32,000 nt of DNA, taken from Pseudothioglobus sp. nBUS_23. GTDB lineage: Bacteria > Pseudomonadota > Gammaproteobacteria > PS1 > Pseudothioglobaceae. Positions 10,039 through 18,561 of the stretch are shown here, piece by piece. The position numbers and the translations under genes are program-made. The notes under the pieces are model-generated. The model saw only the letters and a program-made list of their open reading frames with translations, was not told where the DNA came from and searched no databases. The stretch spans positions 180,001 through 212,000 of the forward strand of contig NZ_CP179200.1 of NCBI RefSeq assembly GCF_051201565.1, given 5' to 3'. Every line of letters begins with the position of its first letter. The stretch's first letter is position 1.

Positions 10039-10461
10039 ATGAGTAAAAAAGTTTTGGTTTTGTGCACAGGAAATAGCTGTCGAAGCATTATTGCTGAGGC
10101 GCTCATCAATCATTCATTCAATGGTCAAATTGAAGCTCATTCCAGCGGTGTTTCATCAAGTGGTAGAGTAAACCCTAAGGCCAAAAAAATATTAGTAGAA
10201 AATGAAATGTGGAAGAGTAGCTATCATTCTAAAGGTATAGATTCCATTATTCATATTCCTTTTGACTTAGTCATAACTGTTTGTGAGAATGCAAGCCAAA
10301 CGTGTCCGATTTTTCCTGGAAATATACCTATCAAACATATTGGATTTGATGATCCTGATGGTCAAGGATATGAATCTTTTAAGCTTTGTTTTGATAGAAT
10401 TAAAGAAAATTTATTGCCATTTGTTCAAACTTATCTTCTTAGCAATTCAGCATCAAGTTAA
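10039..10461 (+). CDS. arsC: Arsenate reductase, thioredoxin-coupled LMW-PTP type
   Basis: CX5R P-loop VLCTGNSCRS (Cys9/Arg15), a Cys82/Cys89 pair in VCENASQTCP, and HIGFDDPDG. The match to my recollection of the pI258/Bacillus ArsC class (C10/C82/C89) is position for position. AGG-rich Shine-Dalgarno (taGGTAGGtcag) precedes the ATG. Confidence 0.88.
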   Translation: MSKKVLVLCTGNSCRSIIAEALINHSFNGQIEAHSSGVSSSGRVNPKAKKILVENEMWKSSYHSKGIDSIIHIPFDLVITVCENASQTCPIFPGNIPIKHIGFDDPDGQGYESFKLCFDRIKENLLPFVQTYLLSNSASS

Positions 10462-10504
10462 GTACTCAAAAATATTCAACCCTATTCAAATTAAGTGTAT
10501 TAGT

Positions 10505-10531
10505 TTAAGCCTGTGGCTTAAGTTTTTTTTT
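10505..10531 (+). terminator. Rho-independent terminator after arsC
   Basis: TTAAGCC-tgt-GGCTTAA hairpin (10505-10521) followed by G and a run of nine T (10523-10531). Confidence 0.7.
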
Positions 10532-10615
10532 GTCAGTTATAATCATTGAATTGAATTTAATTAAATTGAGTTAGTCAATGAGACAATAAACCATAAAAGA
10601 ACAAAGATTATTATT

Positions 10616-10660
10616 TATAATGCGCATTTTTTGACATTGGTTATCAGAAATTTGTATTGT
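10616..10660 (+). promoter_or_regulatory. Candidate promoter elements for the DUF47-pit operon
   Basis: Perfect TTGACA at 10631-10636, an 18-nt spacer, then TATTGT at 10655-10660. A separate perfect TATAAT at 10616-10621 has no matching -35. The elements lie 50-90 nt upstream of the ATG at 10708 and downstream of the arsC terminator. Confidence 0.3.
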
Positions 10661-10707
10661 TACATAGTGTTTTAAGCTTTTAAAAATAAATGGAGTAGAT
10701 CGCTGCT

Positions 10708-11388
10708 ATGACTGGAAAAGACAATATCACAAGCTTATTTGGTAAATCGCCAATAAGCCCCCTACAGAAACATATGAAACAAGTGCACTCATGCCTTAAA
10801 GAGTTTGGTGCATTTGCTAAGGCTGCTGAGGCTGAAGATTGGGAAAAAGCTCAATTGAGTCATACTTCAATTGGGAAAAAAGAACAAAAAGCGGATGTGC
10901 TTAAGAAGAAATTAAGAATGAATCTTCCGAGCACATTTATGATGCCTTTTTCAAGAAGGGATTTATTGGATGTATTATTGATTCAGGATTCGATTGCGAA
11001 TATTACAAAAGACTTGGCGGGATTGATGATGTCAAGAAAAATGGTTTTTCCAAAAGAATTTGCTCAGGATTTTATAGATTTGTCAAAGTTATGCATAAAG
11101 ACTTCAGCTGCTGCACTGGTTGCAATTAATGAACTAGATGAGCTCCTAGAGACAGCATTTAGCAGTCGAGAGCGAAAAATTGTTGACAAGATGATAAAGA
11201 AGGTCAACGAATTAGAGCATGAAACTGATGTTGCCCAAGAGTCAATTAGGAATAAGCTTTATCTACTTGAGGCTTCCCTGCCACCTATTGATGTGATGTT
11301 TTACTATCGGGCCATTGAGTGGCTCGGTGAAACCGCAGACGCTGCCCAAAAGGTTGGGTCACGATTCGAAGTTATGTTGACAAAATAG
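10708..11388 (+). CDS. DUF47 / PhoU-like Pit accessory protein (TIGR00153-type phosphate-transport regulator homologue)
   Basis: 226-aa all-helical protein whose N-terminus (LFGKSPISPLQKHM...) is typical of this family. Its position immediately upstream of a PiT transporter (9-bp gap) is the classic pairing. Confidence 0.8.
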   Translation: MTGKDNITSLFGKSPISPLQKHMKQVHSCLKEFGAFAKAAEAEDWEKAQLSHTSIGKKEQKADVLKKKLRMNLPSTFMMPFSRRDLLDVLLIQDSIANITKDLAGLMMSRKMVFPKEFAQDFIDLSKLCIKTSAAALVAINELDELLETAFSSRERKIVDKMIKKVNELEHETDVAQESIRNKLYLLEASLPPIDVMFYYRAIEWLGETADAAQKVGSRFEVMLTK

Positions 11389-11397
11389 GAGTTCGTT

Positions 11398-12678
11398 GTG
11401 GAAATCATCATTCAAAATAGTGAAATTCTAATCATGTTAGCCATTGGCTTTGGTCTATTTATGGCTTGGGGTATTGGTGCCAATGATGTTGCTAATGCTA
11501 TGGGAACTTCTGTTGGCTCAGGCGCAATAACATTTAAGCAGGCAGTCATTATTGCTGTTATTTTTGAATTTGCTGGCGCAGTGTTGGCTGGTGGAGAGGT
11601 CACTGCAACCGTTCGGAAGGGCATCCTTGATGCTGGGGCATTTACATCTAATCCAGAGTTGTTGGTCTACGGAATGCTCGCCTCACTTTTGGCAGCTGCC
11701 ACATGGCTTCTAATTGCATCATCACTGGGTTGGCCCGTCTCAACTACGCACTCTATTGTTGGAGCAATCGTTGGTTTTGGAGCGGTAGGTGTTGGAGTAG
11801 AGGCGGTGTCATGGGGCAAGGTCTATGCCATTATTGCCAGCTGGGTAGTTTCACCCGTTATTGCAGGCACTATGGCAATTATTATTTTTAAAAGCCTTCA
11901 GCGCCTGGTCATTGATACTGACAAACCTTTGGAGAACGCAAAAAAATACCTACCGTTTTATGTCTTCTTTGTTGGATTCGTTCTCTCTTTGGTAACCCTT
12001 TTAAAGGGCCTTAAACACGTTGACTCATTAAAACACTTGGGTAAAGATTTGCCAACCAGCATGATGATTGCAACAATAGTTGGAATATTAGCAGCCATTC
12101 TTGCTGCAATTATTCTCAGACGCATCAAAACAAATCCTGAGGATGATAGCGATTTCTCTTATGCCAACATGGAGAAATTATTTGGTGGACTCATGGTGAT
12201 TACGGCCTGTTCAATGGCTTTTGCTCATGGATCAAATGACGTTGCGAATGCTATTGGGCCTTTGGCTGCTGTCTATAGTATCGTAGAATCAGGAGGTCAA
12301 ATTGTCTCTAAAAGTGCTTTGCCATCATGGATACTTCTCATTGGAGGTGGCGGTATTGTTTTTGGTCTTGCAACTTTTGGCTTTAGAGTGATGAGAACTA
12401 TAGGTAAAAATATTACTGAGCTCACTCCAAGTCGCGGGTTTTCAGCTGAACTGGCTGCTGCAACGACTGTTGTTTTTGCTTCTTATACTGGGCTACCTGT
12501 ATCAACGACACAGGTTCTCGTTGGTGCAGTTCTAGGCGTTGGAATAGCGAGAGGTCTTGCATCACTTAATCTAAGAGTGATTAATAAAATCTTTCTATCT
12601 TGGATTATTACTTTGCCAGCAGGGGCGGTCATGTCGATTTTATTTTTCTTTGCCCTAAAAGGAATATTTAGCGCATAG
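11398..12678 (+). CDS. pit: Inorganic phosphate transporter, PiT family
   Basis: Duplicated PiT signature GANDVANAMGTSVGSG (N-terminal half) and GSNDVANAIGPLAA (C-terminal half), with about 10-12 TM segments. The GTG start at 11398 is preceded by AGGAG (11387-11391) at 6-nt spacing. Confidence 0.9.
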   Translation: MEIIIQNSEILIMLAIGFGLFMAWGIGANDVANAMGTSVGSGAITFKQAVIIAVIFEFAGAVLAGGEVTATVRKGILDAGAFTSNPELLVYGMLASLLAAATWLLIASSLGWPVSTTHSIVGAIVGFGAVGVGVEAVSWGKVYAIIASWVVSPVIAGTMAIIIFKSLQRLVIDTDKPLENAKKYLPFYVFFVGFVLSLVTLLKGLKHVDSLKHLGKDLPTSMMIATIVGILAAILAAIILRRIKTNPEDDSDFSYANMEKLFGGLMVITACSMAFAHGSNDVANAIGPLAAVYSIVESGGQIVSKSALPSWILLIGGGGIVFGLATFGFRVMRTIGKNITELTPSRGFSAELAAATTVVFASYTGLPVSTTQVLVGAVLGVGIARGLASLNLRVINKIFLSWIITLPAGAVMSILFFFALKGIFSA

Positions 12679-12716
12679 AGCGTATAATATGTTGGCAAAT
12701 TGATTAGGGTAATATT

Positions 12717-12944
12717 ATGACACTGGAAGAGGTACAAGCTAAGCTAGAGCAGGGCATTGAAGGCTCAGAAGTTATTATGGAAGGTGACGGCTGTAACTGC
12801 TCAGCAGTTATTGTCTCTTCAGCGTTTGATGGCCTTTCTTTGCTTCAACGACAAAGATTAGTTTTGGGTCTTGTAAAGGAAGAAATAAAGAGCGGAGAGC
12901 TTCACGCTTTAAGTGTTAAAACATTTACCCCAGAAGAGAGATAG
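12717..12944 (+). CDS. ibaG: BolA-family protein, IbaG/YrbA-like
   Basis: 75 aa. The pattern ...GDGCNCSAVIVSSAFDGLSLLQRQRLV...ELHALSVKTFTPEE matches my recollection of E. coli IbaG ([25 protein letters not shown]...IHAVSIKAYTPAE). Confidence 0.75.
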   Translation: MTLEEVQAKLEQGIEGSEVIMEGDGCNCSAVIVSSAFDGLSLLQRQRLVLGLVKEEIKSGELHALSVKTFTPEER

Positions 12945-12986
12945 TATATAATTCACTCCTTTTTAGAAACTTGAAGATATAAAGTT

Positions 12987-13199
12987 ATGCAAACAGATAT
13001 TCATCCTTCATACGAAACTATTAAAGTTGTGTGCAGTTGCGGTAATTCATTTGAGACTCGCTCGACTTCAAGTAAAGACGAAATTCATCTTGACGTTTGT
13101 TCAAGTTGCCATCCTTTCTACACTGGAAAGCAAAAAATTATGGATACTGCGGGACGTGTTGAAAAGTTCAAGTCACGTTACGGCGCTTTCAAACGTTAA
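12987..13199 (+). CDS. rpmE: 50S ribosomal protein L31 (Zn-ribbon, Cys-containing form)
   Basis: MQTDIHPSY...VVCSCGNSF...[29 protein letters not shown]. Four Cys (CxC...CxxC) are retained. Confidence 0.95.
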   Translation: MQTDIHPSYETIKVVCSCGNSFETRSTSSKDEIHLDVCSSCHPFYTGKQKIMDTAGRVEKFKSRYGAFKR

Positions 13200-13220
13200 T
13201 TTCAAATTAAGACACAGTGA

Positions 13221-13244
13221 AAGCCACAAATGTGGCTTTTTTTG
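13221..13244 (+). terminator. Rho-independent terminator after rpmE
   Basis: AAGCCAC-aaat-GTGGCTT hairpin (13221-13238) followed by TTTTTT. Confidence 0.8.
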
Positions 13245-13308
13245 TGTCAGAAGGAAACTAAAGAAAAGCCTTAAAATTGATATAATCAAATATTTTTGAG
13301 ACAACAAA

Positions 13309-14349
13309 ATGGCATTCGACTACATTAATGCACTACTAAAAAAAGAAGTAACCCGAACGCCTATTTGGGTCATGAGGCAGGCAGGAAGATATTTGCCAGA
13401 ATATAGAGCTACTCGAAAAAAAGCTGGAGATTTTTTGACGCTTTGCAAGTCAAGTGACTTGGCTTGTGAAGTAACACTTCAGCCCCTTGATCGGTTTGAT
13501 TTGGATGCTGCTATTCTTTTTTCAGATATCCTAACTATTCCAGATGCAATGGGTCTTGGACTTCATTTTGTTGAGAGCGAGGGTCCAAAGTTCACTCATC
13601 CACTGAACACCCTTAAAGACATTGAGCAATTACAAAAGCCGGATGTTTCTGAGGAGCTATCTTATGTAAGTAACGCTGTCTCTGTTATTAAAAAAAACCT
13701 AAAGGGCAGAGTTCCGTTGATTGGTTTTACTGGAAGTCCATGGACACTCGCAACCTATATGGTTGAGGGTGGTTCCAGCAAAACTTTTTCAAAAGTAAAA
13801 GCGCTGATGTATGAGAATCCGAAGCATATGCATCAGCTGCTTGATGTCCTTGCTGATACCGTTATAGATTATCTCAATTCTCAAATTGAGGCTGGGGCTG
13901 ACTCAGTTATGATTTTTGATACTTGGGGTGGTCTTTTGAATAAGGAGAGCTATGAAGGCTTTTCATTAAGGTATATGTCAAAAATTGTTGATGGAATTAA
14001 GCGAGAATACGAAGGCAAGACAATTCCAGTGACCCTTTTTACAAAAGGAGGGTCAGCATGGCTAGAGCAAATCGCAGCGACTGGTTGTGACGCAGTTGGA
14101 ATTGATTGGACGGTTGAGATAGGAGAGGCAGAGAGACGAGTTGGAAATCAAGTAGCGTTGCAGGGTAATCTTGACCCATCGGTGCTCTATGCATCGCCAG
14201 AGGTTATAAAAGCTGAGGCGCATAAAATTCTAGATCAGTTTAAGGGCTCAACTGGACATGTATTTAATTTAGGTCATGGAATTACGCCAGAGGTTGATCC
14301 AGAGAGCATGAAGGTCTTGGTCGATGCTGTGCATTCATATTCAAAATAA
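13309..14349 (+). CDS. hemE: Uroporphyrinogen decarboxylase
   Basis: N-terminal [16 protein letters not shown] signature, then ...[16 protein letters not shown]..., and C-terminal [10 protein letters not shown]. 346 aa. Confidence 0.93.
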   Translation: MAFDYINALLKKEVTRTPIWVMRQAGRYLPEYRATRKKAGDFLTLCKSSDLACEVTLQPLDRFDLDAAILFSDILTIPDAMGLGLHFVESEGPKFTHPLNTLKDIEQLQKPDVSEELSYVSNAVSVIKKNLKGRVPLIGFTGSPWTLATYMVEGGSSKTFSKVKALMYENPKHMHQLLDVLADTVIDYLNSQIEAGADSVMIFDTWGGLLNKESYEGFSLRYMSKIVDGIKREYEGKTIPVTLFTKGGSAWLEQIAATGCDAVGIDWTVEIGEAERRVGNQVALQGNLDPSVLYASPEVIKAEAHKILDQFKGSTGHVFNLGHGITPEVDPESMKVLVDAVHSYSK

Positions 14350-14415
14350 AAAATCAGTGAATAGAGATCTACTTTCACTATGTTAAAATTAATTTAATTA
14401 AGAAGAAAAAATAAC

Positions 14416-15216
14416 ATGTCACGAATCTTTAATATTTTTAAAAAACTTAATGAAGCTGACCAAACTGCTTTCATTCCTTTCATCACTGCTGGAGATGGCG
14501 GACTAGATAATTGTGAGGCGCTTGTTTTTACTCTTGCAGATTGTGGTGCAGATATTATTGAATTAGGCATGCCATTTTCTGACCCTATGGCTGATGGGCC
14601 TGTCATCGCTAAATCTCATGAGAGGGCAGTAGCTGATGGTATAGACCTCAATGATGTTTTTGCAATTGTTGAGAGGTTTAGGGAGCATAACCAGAGCACG
14701 GGTATTGTTTTAATGGGTTATACGAATCCAATTGAAGTTTACGGATTTAAAGATTTTGCAGCTAGGGCTGATGAAGCTGGTGTGGATGGAATTCTGGTCG
14801 TTGATATGCCCCCTGAAGAGGCCGCAGACCTTAAAAAAGAACTCGATAAATATAAGATTGACTTAATCTTCTTGGTTGCACCAACAACAACAGATGAGCG
14901 TCTTGAGCATATTTCAAAGATAGCGAGTGGATACATATATTATGTTTCTTTGAAAGGGGTTACGGGCGCGGGTAATTTAGATGTTGATTCTGTTAACTTC
15001 CACTTAAAGCGAATGAGAAACTATATCCAACTCCCTGTTGGTGTTGGTTTTGGAATTAAAGACGCTGAAACAGCAAAGCAGGTTGGTGAAAATGCAGACG
15101 CTGTGATTGTTGGTAGTGCTCTGGTTTCAATTGTAGAAGAGCTATCTTCTGACAAAGATAAAATGGTCACTAAGGTTGGGAATCTGGCAAAAGAGATCTC
15201 TAGCGCAATTACTTAA
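14416..15216 (+). CDS. trpA: Tryptophan synthase alpha chain
   Basis: AFIPFITAGDGG...GADIIELGMPFSDPMADGPVI... aligns from residue 1 with my recollection of E. coli TrpA. 266 aa. Confidence 0.93.
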   Translation: MSRIFNIFKKLNEADQTAFIPFITAGDGGLDNCEALVFTLADCGADIIELGMPFSDPMADGPVIAKSHERAVADGIDLNDVFAIVERFREHNQSTGIVLMGYTNPIEVYGFKDFAARADEAGVDGILVVDMPPEEAADLKKELDKYKIDLIFLVAPTTTDERLEHISKIASGYIYYVSLKGVTGAGNLDVDSVNFHLKRMRNYIQLPVGVGFGIKDAETAKQVGENADAVIVGSALVSIVEELSSDKDKMVTKVGNLAKEISSAIT

Positions 15217-15228
15217 TTAAGGCAAAGT

Positions 15229-16074
15229 ATGAGTTGGTTAGAAAAAATAATGCCATCGATTGGCAAGAATGCTAAAAAAAATATTCCCGAGGGTCTTTGG
15301 AGTAAATGCCCCGAGTGCAATCGAGTCCTTTATCAGGAGGAGTTAGAGCGACTGCTCTATGTTTGCCCGAAGTGCAATCACCATCTAAGGATTTCAGCTA
15401 GAAAAAGACTCGAGAGCTTTCTTGATATGGAAAATCAGGTTGAAATAGCATCAAATGTTCAATCGGCAGACCCCTTAAAGTTTAAAGATCAAAAAAAATA
15501 CAAGGATCGTTATCAGGATGCACAAAAATTTACCAAAGAAAAAGACGCCTTAATTGTTAAAAGTGGTTTTTTGAAGGGTATGCCAGTTGTCACAGCGGCC
15601 TTTGATTTTAGTTTTATGGGCGGCTCAATGGGCTCAGTTGTTGGTGAGAAATTTGTGAGGGCAGCTAATTCTGCTATTAAAAATAATCAGCCTTTTGTAT
15701 GTTTTTCTGCCAGTGGCGGCGCACGTATGCAGGAAGGATTATTTTCTTTGATGCAGATGTCTAAAACATCGCTTGCTGTGAAACTGTTGGCAGACAAAAA
15801 AATTCCATTTATTTCAGTTTTAACTGATCCTACAATGGGCGGAGTCTCGGCAAGTCTTGCAATGCTTGGTGATATTCAAATCGCTGAGCCGAACGCAAGG
15901 ATTGGTTTTGCTGGAGCAAGGGTGGTTGAGCAAACAGTTCGAGAGGAGCTCCCGGAAGGTTTTCAGAGGAGTGAATTTTTGCTCGAAAAAGGTGCTATAG
16001 ATATGATTGTCCATCGTGCAGAATTGAGAAACAAAATTTTTCAATTGCTCTCAGCCCTGCACTCCTCAGCGTAA
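15229..16074 (+). CDS. accD: Acetyl-CoA carboxylase carboxyltransferase beta subunit
   Basis: N-terminal Zn-ribbon CPECNRVLY...CPKCNHH, followed by a carboxyltransferase domain ([14 protein letters not shown]..., SGGARMQEG). It lies 12 bp after trpA, as in many proteobacteria. Confidence 0.93.
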   Translation: MSWLEKIMPSIGKNAKKNIPEGLWSKCPECNRVLYQEELERLLYVCPKCNHHLRISARKRLESFLDMENQVEIASNVQSADPLKFKDQKKYKDRYQDAQKFTKEKDALIVKSGFLKGMPVVTAAFDFSFMGGSMGSVVGEKFVRAANSAIKNNQPFVCFSASGGARMQEGLFSLMQMSKTSLAVKLLADKKIPFISVLTDPTMGGVSASLAMLGDIQIAEPNARIGFAGARVVEQTVREELPEGFQRSEFLLEKGAIDMIVHRAELRNKIFQLLSALHSSA

Positions 16075-16100
16075 GTTTTTTTAATATTAACTGATAAATT

Positions 16101-17030
16101 TTGAAAATATATTTGGCTAATCCTAGGGGTTTTTGTGCTGGAGTTGACAGAGCCATAGAGATAGTGGAACGAGCCATTGAAAAGCATGGTCCTCCCATTT
16201 ATGTAAGACATGAGGTTGTTCATAATAAGTATGTTGTCAATAATCTAAAGAACAAAGGTGCTGTCTTTGTCGATGAAATTTCTGAGGTTCCAGAAGGTTG
16301 TGTAGTAATCTATAGTGCTCATGGCGTATCTCAAGCAGTTCGAAAAGAAGCCAACGATATCTCAGCTATTATTTATGATGCAACTTGTCCGCTTGTGACT
16401 AAGGTGCATAAAGAGGTAATTCGTCGCCAAAAAAACAATCATCAGGTGATACTTATCGGCCATGCCGGCCATCCAGAAGTTGAGGGAACTCTGGGCCAGT
16501 CTGATGACTCTAACAGCATCACTTTAGTTGAATCAGTTGGTGATATTGATGGATTAAATTTTAACCAAGAAAGAGATATTTCTTTCACCACCCAAACAAC
16601 ATTATCTGTTGATGACACATCAGAAGTTATTGAGGCATTGCAAGAGAAATTTCCCAATATACAATCTCCAAAGAAGAGTGATATTTGCTATGCAACGCAA
16701 AACCGCCAGGATTCAGTAAAAGAGGTTATAAAACACTCAGAAATTCTCTTAGTCATTGGCTCAAAAAACTCTTCAAACTCGAATCGCCTCAAAGAGATTG
16801 CTGATATTCAAGGCAAGCCAGCTTATTTAATAGATAGCTCTGATGACATTGATGAGCAGTGGCTAGATAATATTAATTCGGTAGGCATAACTGCAGGTGC
16901 TTCGGCTCCAGAGATTTTGGTTCAGGAGGTCGTTAGTTTCTTGATGTCACAGGGTGGCCATGAGATTATTGAGGTAGAGGGGGCAAGAGAAGATGTTAAT
17001 TTTCCTGTGCCTGCATCATTAAAAAATTAA
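16101..17030 (+). CDS. ispH: 4-hydroxy-3-methylbut-2-enyl diphosphate reductase
   Basis: [23 protein letters not shown]...[15 protein letters not shown]...[10 protein letters not shown]...[11 protein letters not shown] aligns from residue 1 with my recollection of E. coli IspH. The start codon is TTG (16101-16103), with an in-frame TAA only 2 codons upstream. Confidence 0.93.
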   Translation: MKIYLANPRGFCAGVDRAIEIVERAIEKHGPPIYVRHEVVHNKYVVNNLKNKGAVFVDEISEVPEGCVVIYSAHGVSQAVRKEANDISAIIYDATCPLVTKVHKEVIRRQKNNHQVILIGHAGHPEVEGTLGQSDDSNSITLVESVGDIDGLNFNQERDISFTTQTTLSVDDTSEVIEALQEKFPNIQSPKKSDICYATQNRQDSVKEVIKHSEILLVIGSKNSSNSNRLKEIADIQGKPAYLIDSSDDIDEQWLDNINSVGITAGASAPEILVQEVVSFLMSQGGHEIIEVEGAREDVNFPVPASLKN

Positions 17031-17049
17031 TAAATACAGAATATAAATA

Positions 17050-18051
17050 ATGAAAAAATACAACATTTATGGAATGGGCGCTGCAATTGTAGATACAGAG
17101 GTTGTGGTAAGTGATTCATTTATTAAAGATAATGACATTGGTAAAGGTTTGATGACTTTAGTTGATACAGAGAGACAAAAATATCTTATAGACTCTCTTA
17201 CGACTCAGCGTGTACCTGTAAAGATGAGTTGTGGTGGTTCGGCTTGTAACTCTGTTGTTGCAGCAAGCATGTTCGGTTCAAGCGCCTTCTTCTCTGGCAA
17301 GGTGGCTAATGATGAGGTAGGTGACTTTTTTGTAAAAGATCTAAAAAAATCGGGAGTTGATTTTCATCAAGTAGATCCGTCAAGTGGAGTTACTGGAAAG
17401 TGCCTAGTCATGGTTACGCCAGATGCAGAAAGAACGATGAATACTAATCTGGGCGCGAGCCTCGAGCTAACATATCGTGAAGTTGATGAAGAAGCGCTAG
17501 CCAATTCAGAGTGGTTATATATTGAAGGATATGTTGTGACAGATGATCAAAGAACAGCAGTTGCTCGAGATGCAATGAAGTTCGCAAAAGACAATGGTGT
17601 TAAGACCTCTCTAAGCCTTTCTGACCCTTTTGTTGTTGAGGTATTCTCAGATAACATAAAAACTATTATCGGAGATGATGGTCTTGATTTGATTTTTTGT
17701 AATGGGGATGAAGCAAGAAGCTTTACAGATACTCATACTATTGAGGCAGCTGCAGAAGGCTTAAAAAAATATGCAAAGACTTTTGTTATTACTAGGGGTC
17801 CTGGAGGATCATTAGTATTTGATGGTGTTAATCTAATTCATACTGAAGGGGTTTTAGCAAGCGCAGTAGATACAAATGGCGCAGGAGATATGTTTGCAGG
17901 TGCATTTTTACATGCTATTACTCAGGGAAAGGGCTTTTCTTGGGCTGCTGGCTTTGCTAACGCGGCATCCTCCCGAGTTGTAAGTCAGTTCGGACCTAGA
18001 ATTAAGTCCATTGAATATATCAGCCTTAAACAACAATTTAAACTCAGTTAG
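17050..18051 (+). CDS. PfkB-family kinase, adenosine-kinase-like
   Basis: N-terminal YGMGAAIVDTEV...D.FI...IGKGLMTLVD, a diGly region CGGSACNS, and the C-terminal PfkB signature DTNGAGDMFAGAFL. 333 aa. Confidence 0.75.
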   Translation: MKKYNIYGMGAAIVDTEVVVSDSFIKDNDIGKGLMTLVDTERQKYLIDSLTTQRVPVKMSCGGSACNSVVAASMFGSSAFFSGKVANDEVGDFFVKDLKKSGVDFHQVDPSSGVTGKCLVMVTPDAERTMNTNLGASLELTYREVDEEALANSEWLYIEGYVVTDDQRTAVARDAMKFAKDNGVKTSLSLSDPFVVEVFSDNIKTIIGDDGLDLIFCNGDEARSFTDTHTIEAAAEGLKKYAKTFVITRGPGGSLVFDGVNLIHTEGVLASAVDTNGAGDMFAGAFLHAITQGKGFSWAAGFANAASSRVVSQFGPRIKSIEYISLKQQFKLS

Positions 18052-18161
18052 ATATCTTATGGATTAAATTTAGCCTTAAACCATTGTAAATTCTTGTCAA
18101 ATTGTTTATGATGCTTACATATATTGAATTTCGTTAATTATTAAAGTAAGGTTGTTAGGTT

Positions 18162-18443
18162 ATGGCAAAAGCAGTAGCAAGATTATTTCAGCTTAGAAAA
18201 GCTCTCGATGAGTGTGAGAAAGAGTTTGGTTTGGCTGGTTATTCAGAAGTTGAAAAGGCAGTTTTCTCTTATATTAGTTCAAATGCAAATGCGACCATCA
18301 CTTCAATTAAAAATGACCCCTATTTTTCTAAATACTCCTTGTCGACAATTAAAAGAGCAGTTCTTTTCTTAACATCGAATGAAGTTATTAAGGCTGAACA
18401 GTCAACTTTGGACAAAAGGGAGATGATTTTGACGCTGCAATAA
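18162..18443 (+). CDS. Hypothetical 93-aa protein with a MarR-like winged-helix core (mini wHTH)
   Basis: Residues ~28-93 read as a wHTH: SEVEKAVFSYISSN..ATITSI (H1-H2), SLSTIKRAVLFLTSNEVIK (recognition helix), and AEQSTLDKREMILTL (wing with the D-x-R typical of MarR). It is too short to carry the flanking MarR dimerisation helices. AAGG lies 10 nt upstream of the ATG. The function call is inference only. Confidence 0.5.
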   Translation: MAKAVARLFQLRKALDECEKEFGLAGYSEVEKAVFSYISSNANATITSIKNDPYFSKYSLSTIKRAVLFLTSNEVIKAEQSTLDKREMILTLQ

Positions 18444-18460
18444 TAGCAGCAAAGAGTTAA

Positions 18461-18504
18461 AGTGAGCGAAGCCTATAGATACCTCACTAAAAAAGTACAA
18501 TAGG
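18461..18504 (+). promoter_or_regulatory. Candidate structured RNA element (hairpin plus A-rich tract plus loop-complementary 3' segment, i.e. a possible H-type pseudoknot)
   Basis: P1: AGTGAG (18461-18466) pairs with CTCACT (18483-18488). The loop contains CCTAT (18472-18476). The 3' tail is AAAAAAGTACA, followed by ATAGG (18500-18504), which is complementary to the loop CCTAT. Base pairing was checked by hand only, with no covariation evidence. Confidence 0.2.
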
Positions 18505-18561
18505 AATCGACTGATTCTGCCAGCAGCGATTAATAAATTAATACAGAGGAGTGAATCTTAC

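Noticed and set aside
10283-10549. An 88-aa plus-strand ORF overlapping the 3' half of arsC and running through the terminator.
   Set aside because: It is out of frame within arsC, it spans a clear intrinsic terminator hairpin, and its translation is low complexity.
13027-13299. A 90-aa ORF overlapping rpmE in another frame and extending across its terminator.
   Set aside because: rpmE is unambiguous, and the alternative frame crosses the terminator hairpin and has no recognisable features.
14356-14379. Hairpin AGTGAA-(12 nt)-TTCACT between hemE and trpA, considered as the hemE terminator.
   Set aside because: On the plus strand no T-run follows it. A T-rich run follows only on the minus strand (complement of the hemE stop region), where no gene is being transcribed. 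It may be a weak or bidirectional element, but I cannot support a terminator call.
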